The notes: generated from the letters alone by a model not told the origin. DNA of 13,799 bases from Verrucomicrobiota bacterium (GCA_045046875.1 JASFYY010000061.1:1-13799), one strand, 5' to 3'. Shown: positions 6,607-13,705, numbered from the stretch's first letter. Program-made: numbers and translations.

Positions 6607-8948
6607 TCGCCGAGGTAGCCTTGCAGCTTCAGGGCGTCGGATCCGATGAGGATTTCGACGCATCCACTTTGTTGCTGGTCGAATAAGTGGATGCCGCGTT
6701 TTTTCACCATGGCTCGCCAAGCCGGGGTGATCTGCTCATTGGCGGGAAAAGCCCGTTGGCTCGAGATGATCGCTTGCGGGTTCACGGTGGCGATGAATTC
6801 CTCCAGTCCGGACAGATCGGATGCGTGGTGACCTTTGATGATCAGATCACTGGCAAGTTGTTGGTTTTGATGCTGAAGCAGCCATTTTTCGATTTCGAAA
6901 CCGGCATCTCCGAGCAATAAAATCCGCCATCCCTCACAGTGCATGCGTATTACAAGGTGGTTGTCGTCTGCTCGCGGACCGGGGGCTTGGTCGCTGGGTG
7001 GGTATAATATTTCAAATTCGATTTGCGGGTCGGGGTTAAGCCGGTTTCCTGCAGTGAGGGGGATCAGGGATATTTGTTGTTTTTTCAGACTGGGTATTAA
7101 AGGGCGAAGCGTTTGTGAATCAGTCAATAGCGGAGGTAGGTAAATTTGCTCGAGTTGGTAGCGGGGTAGGATCAGCGAAGTGGCGCCAATGTGTTGATGA
7201 TCGTTGTGAGTCAGGAAGAGACTGTTCAGGCGATTGATGCTGCGAAATCTGAGGAAGGGGTGAGTGACATATGGGAAGTTGCGCGCATTGCCAGTATCAA
7301 TAAGGAAGGAGTTTTGTTGAGGCAACCAAGTGTTGGGGCGATAGCTTGAGATGACTTGGCAGGCGCCGCTGGATTGGGTGTCGATCACGGCAATGTAGAC
7401 GGGTTGCTCGGCGCTCACCGGAGGTGGGGTGAAGCTGAAGTGAAAATGCCCGCCTGGCAGACTGGCAAAAAAGGCGGTGATCAGGCTGCAGCTTTTGGCG
7501 GCGAGCCAATTAGCGTTGTTGAATAAAACGGATATAAAATTCATTTGCGCCAGGCTGGTGCAGAGGCTCATCACGGCCAGGCTGAGAACCACCATGGCGG
7601 CGGGGACGAGAAAGCAGTTGGCGAGGATGGACACCGGTGTGACCAGTTGGAAATGATATATGATCAGCGGTAGGGAGCCCAGCCAGGCTGCTAGTGAGAG
7701 GCTGAAATAGTTGCTGGAGGCGTGGCCGAATTGGCTGAATAAAAGCTGGGAGCGGGGGATGAGGTGACGCGGAATAAAAGGGTCGAGGGCAAAAGGGCGG
7801 CCGAATATTCCCATGAACAGAGGGGTGAGACCGGCGATGGCCGCTAATACGGCGAAGGAGAGTTGGAATCCTGGCAGGAATAATTGCTGGGTGTTATAAG
7901 CGAGCAACAACAGGGCGGCCAGACCGAGGCTGTTGATCAATCGCGGGCGACGTCCGACGGCGAAGGAAAACAATACAATGGTTCCCATCATCGCCGCCCG
8001 GCAGGCGGAGGGGCGTAGGCCGGTGACGGTGGCGTAAAAAAGAATGGCGGGTATGATGAGCCATATGGCGGCGCGGCGGGGAATGCGCAGGAGCTTGAGC
8101 AACTGCCAGACGATCAGGCCGAACAGTCCGATGTGAAGGCCGCTGACGGCAAAAATATGCAAAGCTCCGCTGAGGCGGAATTGTTCTTCGATGACTTCGG
8201 GCGTGTCTTCGCGGGTGCCGAGCACCATGGCGCGAATGATGGAGGCGGTTTCCGGGTCATTTTCGAGATCAGCGGTGATGGCGGAACCGAGCCAATCACG
8301 GCTGCGGTGAGCGAGGCGGATAATGGCATGGCCACCTCCGCTCGACAAGCGTCGGACGGAGTGCCCGCTGTGGCAGTGGAGTTCTGCGGCGACGGCATTG
8401 GCGCGACGATAAAAATCTGCTGCAGAGAAAGCCCCGGGATTTCTGGCCTGGGCTAAGGGCTGGAGTTGTCCGCTGATTTGTAGTCGGTCGCCGTAAGCGA
8501 GATTGTGTAGTTCTCTGGGCAACAGATCAATACGAACCCGGAGATGATGGCGGGTGGAAAAAATCTGATCCCCAAGGGTCAGGGAATCGAGGCGCAGTAG
8601 AAAACCGGCGCTGCGTTTGCCTTGACTGAGAGAAGGTTCGTTGATCACCTGTCCTCGGACTGAAACTTGTGAAGAGGAGGGGTGGTCAGGGGAGGCTTTG
8701 GCTTGCACGAGGGACGCAGCAGGAAAACTGTCTATCCAACGTAGTTGCAAAGTGTGGATGAAAGCGAAGCAGGTGGCGCTCAAAAGCAGGATGGGCAATA
8801 TGTTGTTCCGATAAAAAAAACCCAAAAAACTCAATGCCAGGATGCCTGTGGTGAGTGCTGCGGGCGGCAGTTGATAGTGGTCGGCCAGGAGTATTCCTGC
8901 GATAGCAGTCAGAGCGATCAGTGCCAGAGGATCACGGGAAAGCCACAT
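6573..8948 (-). CDS. comEC: ComEC/Rec2 DNA-uptake channel (OB fold + Competence domain + metallo-beta-lactamase-like domain)
   Basis: RNPGAF, HIFAVSGLHIG, PSACRAAMM, PGFQLSF, SILAN, IDTG and LLGD motifs. ATG at 8948 (MWLSRDP) is preferred over the ORF-track start 8993. The 3' end overlaps trmB by 34 bp. Confidence 0.93.
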   Translation of the reverse strand: MWLSRDPLALIALTAIAGILLADHYQLPPAALTTGILALSFLGFFYRNNILPILLLSATCFAFIHTLQLRWIDSFPAASLVQAKASPDHPSSSQVSVRGQVINEPSLSQGKRSAGFLLRLDSLTLGDQIFSTRHHLRVRIDLLPRELHNLAYGDRLQISGQLQPLAQARNPGAFSAADFYRRANAVAAELHCHSGHSVRRLSSGGGHAIIRLAHRSRDWLGSAITADLENDPETASIIRAMVLGTREDTPEVIEEQFRLSGALHIFAVSGLHIGLFGLIVWQLLKLLRIPRRAAIWLIIPAILFYATVTGLRPSACRAAMMGTIVLFSFAVGRRPRLINSLGLAALLLLAYNTQQLFLPGFQLSFAVLAAIAGLTPLFMGIFGRPFALDPFIPRHLIPRSQLLFSQFGHASSNYFSLSLAAWLGSLPLIIYHFQLVTPVSILANCFLVPAAMVVLSLAVMSLCTSLAQMNFISVLFNNANWLAAKSCSLITAFFASLPGGHFHFSFTPPPVSAEQPVYIAVIDTQSSGACQVISSYRPNTWLPQQNSFLIDTGNARNFPYVTHPFLRFRSINRLNSLFLTHNDHQHIGATSLILPRYQLEQIYLPPLLTDSQTLRPLIPSLKKQQISLIPLTAGNRLNPDPQIEFEILYPPSDQAPGPRADDNHLVIRMHCEGWRILLLGDAGFEIEKWLLQHQNQQLASDLIIKGHHASDLSGLEEFIATVNPQAIISSQRAFPANEQITPAWRAMVKKRGIHLFDQQQSGCVEILIGSDALKLQGYLGDQTLVLSKRKP

Positions 8949-8987
8949 TTTGCGATAGTTGCAGCTTGTTGATGAAAAGAGTGAATC

Positions 8988-9015
8988 CAGCACAAGGTGA
9001 TTTTGTGCTGTTTTT
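8988..9015 (+). terminator. Intrinsic-terminator-like hairpin on the + strand
   Basis: CAGCACAA-ggtgatt-TTGTGCTG is a perfect 8-bp stem followed by TTTTT. No + strand gene ends nearby, and the nearest (trmB) is 2.4 kb upstream. Confidence 0.45.
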
Positions 9016-9230
9016 GATCAATTTGGAATCAAAAAGGACTTGGCAGGGCTGTAAATTTGGCGTAGGAAATAGCTCGCGAGAGCGTTACGCCGGTCGGAAA
9101 GACCAGTGGAAACCAAAGAAGTGACCGGAAAATGAGAATTTTCCTTAGTTCAGCGAAGAAAATATTTAACTTTTGTTAAATTGTTCTTGGCTTTTTCAGT
9201 GGTTTTCGTTGAGACTTCATCCAGTGAAAT

Positions 9231-9304
9231 GCGGGTATAGCTTAGTGGTAAAGCTCCAGCCTTCCAAGCTGATTACGTGAGTTCGATTCTCACTACCCGC
9301 TCCA
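9231..9304 (+). tRNA. tRNA-Gly (anticodon TCC), CCA encoded
   Basis: Acceptor GCGGGTA/TACCCGC, D arm GCTT-AGTGGTA-AAGC, anticodon arm CCAGC-CTTCCAA-GCTGA (TCC at 9263-9265), 4-nt variable loop, T arm GTGAG-TTCGATT-CTCAC, discriminator T, then CCA. Confidence 0.97.
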
Positions 9305-9336
9305 TTTTACTGTTGATTTTGGATCGATGCCCCGTG

Positions 9337-11226
9337 ATGAAAGCTTTGCGTTTAATTTATTGCCTGACTGTGATGGGCGCAGTCTGGGCGGCACCCGTTC
9401 TGCGGGCAGCGGCGCAAGAGGACGGAGCGACCAAGTTGTCGCAGGGGGGGCATGATTGTTCGCAAGTGGCGGAGGCTTTGTTGAAAGCGATTGAATTAGA
9501 CCCTTCTCGATTGAACGAGTTTTTCAAGCAAGCGGTCTTGGAATCAAAACATTGCACCTGCGAGTTGTTGGCGGCGGCTATTTCGGCTAGTGATGGTAGT
9601 GAGAAAGCGGTTAAAGGAATTGTTAGCACCGCTTTGCAGAATGCGGGAGAAATGGCTTCGGCGATCGCTGAATGCGCGGCGATCGCAGCACCGACCCGGA
9701 TGCAGGCAATTCGAGAGGCTTTTGCGGAGAGGGTGGAAGGGGTGGCGGGGAGCGAAAAAAAATCATTCGACCCTGGTGATAAAACCATGCGTCCGGCAAG
9801 TTCTTCGTCTGGTTTGGGGCGGATGATAGGAAAATGGATGCCGGGAAGGAAATCAAAAGACGAGGTCAAGGAGGAGGATAGGGGCGAAGCTGCGGTGGTG
9901 TCGCCGCCGATGAATGAAGTTGCCGACACAAAAGATCGGGGGGCTGATGCGCATAGTGCGGAGGCGGGGGGAGGGACGGCGTCGCCAGAGGAGACGGTTG
10001 AGTTGGGTGTTGCAACTGAGGGGAGAGATGTTTTGGAAATGTCGCCGGATGTTCTGGGTGTTTTGAATGATACTTTTGTTTTTGACTATGTATGGCCGGC
10101 GATCAGCGGATTGGTTCGCGAGTCAGGGCAAGCCGAAAAAAGTGATCAGGCTCGCTGGTCGGCTTATGCAGATAACGGTTTTGACTCGAACGTCAATACA
10201 GCGCCCAGTGGGGATGCTCGTGATTCCTATTTTGTAGGTGCAGGGGTGGCCAGTTATTTTTCGAGCTTCACTAGAAATACGCGTTTTGATGTCAGGGGGC
10301 GTTTTGGTTTTCGTTACAACGAGAACACGCCGGTGGATTTGGAGAATTTGATTTATCGCGGGCGGTTATTAGCGACTTTGCAGCATGAGCTGAATGATAG
10401 GGGCTCCTTGTCGAATCAAACGGGCATCACTTATGATGCGGAGCCGGATTTTCTTGCTGGAGAAACAACGAGTTTCCGGACGGATCAGTATATTTTTGCC
10501 TACAACCGCTTGGGCTTTGTTTATCGATGGGCCGAGCATTTTGCGACACGCACCTATTACACGGTATCGACGATTCAGTATGAGAGCGGGAGCTTGAGCC
10601 TGCAGGAGGCCCGCTGGCGACATTTGATTGGTCAGCGATTTGATTATGTGTGGAATGAGCAGCAGGTGGCTTTTTTGGAATACCGGTATGGGCAAAGTAA
10701 TTTCCAAAACGTGGCCAATGACAGTCAGTCCCATTATTTTATCGGAGGACTGGATTACCAGCTGTCGACTGATGTGAAGGCGTCGCTGGCGGGCGGAGCG
10801 GAGAGGCGCAGCTTCGAGCGTTTTTCAAATTTGTGGAGACCTTATGCGCAGGCGTCGTTTCAATCACAGTGGTCTCAGCATACTGAGCTGCGTTGGGGTG
10901 CGCGGTTGGGGCTTGAGGATGCTGAGTTGGGAGATTTTAGGGATCGTTATAGTTTCCGTACCGGCTTGTCGGTGGATCAGCAGTTGAGTGATCGGTTAAA
11001 GGCGTCGCTTGGTTTTTTCTATCTGCGCAGTGAGTTTGATAGCGGAGCGGAGGGCGTCTCCGGGTACACGGATGATGCGCTGATGCTGCAACTGGGGTTG
11101 AGTTACGCTTTGTTGCCAAATACGGATCTGTATTTGGTTTATGACTTCACGACTTATGATTCAGCAGATCCTTTGCGGGACTATGAACGCCAGCAGGTGA
11201 AGATTGGTTTGAATTCTAAATTTTAG
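9337..11226 (+). CDS. Outer-membrane beta-barrel protein (about 18 strands, BBP2/EpsX-like) with N-terminal 4-Cys helical domain and low-complexity linker
   Basis: ATG 9337 gives a Sec signal peptide (MKALRLIYCLTVMGAVWAAPVLRAAA-QED). The ORF-track start 9277 lies inside the tRNA. From about nt 10153 there are alternating amphipathic strands starting with GFDSNV and ending in a C-terminal Phe (QVKIGLNSKF, BAM beta-signal). Confidence 0.82.
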   Translation: MKALRLIYCLTVMGAVWAAPVLRAAAQEDGATKLSQGGHDCSQVAEALLKAIELDPSRLNEFFKQAVLESKHCTCELLAAAISASDGSEKAVKGIVSTALQNAGEMASAIAECAAIAAPTRMQAIREAFAERVEGVAGSEKKSFDPGDKTMRPASSSSGLGRMIGKWMPGRKSKDEVKEEDRGEAAVVSPPMNEVADTKDRGADAHSAEAGGGTASPEETVELGVATEGRDVLEMSPDVLGVLNDTFVFDYVWPAISGLVRESGQAEKSDQARWSAYADNGFDSNVNTAPSGDARDSYFVGAGVASYFSSFTRNTRFDVRGRFGFRYNENTPVDLENLIYRGRLLATLQHELNDRGSLSNQTGITYDAEPDFLAGETTSFRTDQYIFAYNRLGFVYRWAEHFATRTYYTVSTIQYESGSLSLQEARWRHLIGQRFDYVWNEQQVAFLEYRYGQSNFQNVANDSQSHYFIGGLDYQLSTDVKASLAGGAERRSFERFSNLWRPYAQASFQSQWSQHTELRWGARLGLEDAELGDFRDRYSFRTGLSVDQQLSDRLKASLGFFYLRSEFDSGAEGVSGYTDDALMLQLGLSYALLPNTDLYLVYDFTTYDSADPLRDYERQQVKIGLNSKF

Positions 11227-11232
11227 CACGGC

Positions 11233-12963
11233 TCACATTCTCTCAGTGGTCTGGATGCCGAGCAGGTCGAGCCCTTTTTTGAGCACTTTGCTGGTGGTAT
11301 CGCAGAGCGCAAGACGGGTTTCGCGAACCTGGTCTTCCGAGCGTAATACGGGGCAATGTTCGTAAAAAGAGTGAAAGGTGTTGGCCAGTTCGTAGAGGTA
11401 GTTGGCGAGCAGGTTGGGGCGGAAGTCGGTGAGCACAGTTGGCACAGCTTCGGCGTATTGGGCAAGTTTCAGAGCCAGCGTTTTTTCGGCGGGTTCGGTG
11501 AGTTGCACCGAGTCGATGCCTTCGAACTCGCTACCGAGTTTTCTGAAAATGGCGCGGGTGCGCACGTAGGCGTTGATCAAGTAAGGCGCGGTATTGCCTT
11601 TGAGCGCCAGCATGTTGTCCCAATCGAAGATGTAGTTGGTTAGGCGGTTTTGGGAGAGCTCGGCGTATTTGACTGAACCGATGCCGATAATTTTTGAGAT
11701 TTCCTCCATTTCATCAGCGGAAAGGTCGGGGTTTTTTTCACCGATGATTTTACCTGCGCGTTCGACAGCTTCGTTCAATACGTCGGTCAGACTGACGGTA
11801 TCGCCGGAGCGGGTCTTGAAACGTTTGCCGTCTTTGCCCATGATCGAGCCGAAGGGGATGAAGTTGAGCTTAGTATCGAGTTCGCGTTTTTTTGCCACCG
11901 CGAAGATCTGGTCGAAGTGCAGTTTTTGTTCGGCTCCGACGACGTACCAGATATCATCGGCGGAGAAGGACTCGACCCGGTATTCGATGGTGGCGATGTC
12001 AGTGGTGGCGTAGTTGAAGCCGCCGTCGCGTTTTTGGATCATGCAGGGTGCGCGCTCTGCCAGGTTGGGATCGTCGGGAAAAAAGATGCACAGGGCGCCG
12101 TCGGATTCTTCCGCCAGACCAGTGTTTTTTAATTCCTCGACCAAGGGGGCGAGGCGATCGTTATAAAAAGATTCGCCTAACCAGTGATCAAATTTCACAT
12201 CGAGCAGGGCGTAGATTTTTTCCAAACTATTGCGCGAGAGTTCGACGCATTGATTCCAAATAGCGAGATTTTCTTCGTCACCTTGTTGAAGCTTGACCAG
12301 TTCGGTGCGGCAGGATTCACGCACGCTGTCGTCGCTGCAGGCTTCGTTGACTTTTTTATAAATCTCGAGCAGTGCTTCGATGGGATCTGCGTCGAGTGCG
12401 TCTTGATCGAGGAAGTTTTTCCAGCCATAAATGATCATGCCAAACTGGGTGCCCCAGTCGCCGATGTGATTATCGGTGATGATCGTGTGTCCCAGCGCAC
12501 GCGAAACGCGAGCCAGGCAATCGCCGATGATGGTGCTGCGGATGTGGCCGACATGCATGGGTTTGGCGATGTTGGGCGCGGAAAAATCTATGACAATGGT
12601 CTTGCTGAGATCGGCACTTAGTTGGGGGAGTCCGAGGCGCTCGGGATCGTTGATTTGTGCTATCAGACCCGCTTCGAGTGAGGCGGCGGTGATACGGAGG
12701 TTGATGAATCCGGGGCCGGCGATTTCAGCGGGTTGGCATAGCTCGCCGGGTTCAAAGTGTTCGATGATCTCCGTTGCTAGCGCACGCGGATTGGTTTTCA
12801 GGCGCTTGGCTAGCACCATGGCGACATTGCTTTGGTAGTCACCGAAGCGGGCGTCGGTGGCTGCGCCGACTTGAATAGCGAGGTCGGCCGGCAAATCAGC
12901 AGCGATGCTGGTTTTTTCGAGAGCGGCGCGGAGGAGCGTTTCGATTTGGTCGGGATAGGTCAT
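11233..12963 (-). CDS. argS: Arginine--tRNA ligase
   Basis: FGDYQSN, AGPGFIN, DFSAPNIAKPMHVGHIRS (HIGH), NHIGDWGTQFG, RFKTRSG, GNTAPYL, FHSFY, and a C-terminal ERM. Confidence 0.99.
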   Translation of the reverse strand: MTYPDQIETLLRAALEKTSIAADLPADLAIQVGAATDARFGDYQSNVAMVLAKRLKTNPRALATEIIEHFEPGELCQPAEIAGPGFINLRITAASLEAGLIAQINDPERLGLPQLSADLSKTIVIDFSAPNIAKPMHVGHIRSTIIGDCLARVSRALGHTIITDNHIGDWGTQFGMIIYGWKNFLDQDALDADPIEALLEIYKKVNEACSDDSVRESCRTELVKLQQGDEENLAIWNQCVELSRNSLEKIYALLDVKFDHWLGESFYNDRLAPLVEELKNTGLAEESDGALCIFFPDDPNLAERAPCMIQKRDGGFNYATTDIATIEYRVESFSADDIWYVVGAEQKLHFDQIFAVAKKRELDTKLNFIPFGSIMGKDGKRFKTRSGDTVSLTDVLNEAVERAGKIIGEKNPDLSADEMEEISKIIGIGSVKYAELSQNRLTNYIFDWDNMLALKGNTAPYLINAYVRTRAIFRKLGSEFEGIDSVQLTEPAEKTLALKLAQYAEAVPTVLTDFRPNLLANYLYELANTFHSFYEHCPVLRSEDQVRETRLALCDTTSKVLKKGLDLLGIQTTERM

Positions 12964-13067
12964 GGCAAGAGGCGGTAGCGGTTCAGGCTGTAGGTGATTA
13001 GAAAAAAGGAGGTGTCTGATGTAAGCTCTGAGGGCTTTCCCAGGCGATTTAGACAGTGGCTGAGTTT

Positions 13068-13538
13068 TTACACTCGGGCTGGAGCGGGTTCGGCGAGAAC
13101 CCGGATAATGTCATGGGCTCCCCGTGCTGCGGCCAGTTGCTTGCGCACATCGCCATTGTTGAGCTTTTTAGCAATGGCGGCCAGAGTTTTCAAGTGAAGA
13201 GTGTATTGACTGCGCGGCACAATGAAAAGCACTACGTAGTGAACCGGAGCATTGTCCAAAGCACAAAAATCGATTCCTTCGTTGGATCTTCCAAAAACAG
13301 CAATGACATCGTCGATATCATCTAGAAAAGCGTGAGGAATGGCGATGCCCGCACCGATCCCTGTGCTGCATTGGTCTTCACGGTTGCGGAAAGCTTCGAG
13401 CACAGGAGCGCGCTTAGCCGAGGAAAGATCATCACATTTAATGAGATGATCTACCAGTTCTTCGATCGCAGGCCAGTGTTCAGCGGCCTTCATGTTTGCG
13501 ATCACCCGCTTGGGCGATAATAATTCTGCCAGTTTCAT
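13068..13538 (-). CDS. Stand-alone PTS EIIA component (fructose/mannitol/Ntr family, PtsN-like)
   Basis: REDQCSTGIGAGIAIPHA (phospho-His motif), GIDFCALDNAPV and HLKTLAAIAK. Start is likely ATG 13538 (MKLAELL), and ATG 13556 is possible. Confidence 0.92.
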   Translation of the reverse strand: MKLAELLSPKRVIANMKAAEHWPAIEELVDHLIKCDDLSSAKRAPVLEAFRNREDQCSTGIGAGIAIPHAFLDDIDDVIAVFGRSNEGIDFCALDNAPVHYVVLFIVPRSQYTLHLKTLAAIAKKLNNGDVRKQLAAARGAHDIIRVLAEPAPARV

Positions 13539-13569
13539 GCTGGTCGTGTGGCGCATTTAAGCGTTCGCG

Positions 13570-13609
13570 AGCATAAACAGCTTGTGAGACTTCGCAAGCG
13601 GCTTTTTTT
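13570..13609 (-). promoter_or_regulatory. Putative sigma70 promoter of the PTS EIIA (-argS) unit with A-tract UP-like element
   Basis: Minus strand A7 (13609-13603), TTGCGA (13597-13592), 16-nt spacer, TATGCT (13575-13570). Confidence 0.55.
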
Positions 13610-13680
13610 GTGGGATGCATTATTTTTGCGAAGTAGGGAAGATGACAAAGATTGAGTTTATGGCATTCAAATATTTTTTA

Positions 13681-13705
13681 ATGATTGGGGTCTGACTCCA
13701 TTCAT
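13681..13705. repeat. Imperfect 25-bp palindrome with GGGGTC-T-GAC(T)CC core
   Basis: ATGATTGGGGTC-T-GACTCCATTCAT has 10 of 12 positions complementary (one G/T, one T/T). Confidence 0.65.

Noticed and set aside
8949..8993. ORF-track N-terminal extension of ComEC
   Set aside because: It starts at a GTG within the hairpin and encodes a non-conserved-looking peptide. ATG 8948 directly precedes the first TM region.
9014..9032. FNR box
   Set aside because: TTGAT and ATCAA half-sites are 9 nt apart rather than 4.
9277..9336. ORF-track N-terminal extension (MSSILTTRS...) of the barrel protein
   Set aside because: GTG 9277 lies in the tRNA T arm. ATG 9337 gives a proper signal peptide.
9277..11232. 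Genomic island integrated at the tRNA-Gly 3' end
   Set aside because: No integrase, no duplicated tRNA 3' end (att) seen in the window, and composition similar to the flanks.
12964..13067. T-box riboswitch upstream of argS
   Set aside because: The spacer is only 104 nt, with no UGGNACC T-box motif or stem I, and no strong hairpin directly before the U-tract.
517..13520. Numerous 60-190 aa alternative-frame and antisense ORFs (e.g. 1726..2223, 2786..3280, 6226..6720, 9357..9929, 12184..12621, 12994..13197)
   Set aside because: They overlap well-supported genes, have no recognisable motifs and are expected shadow ORFs.
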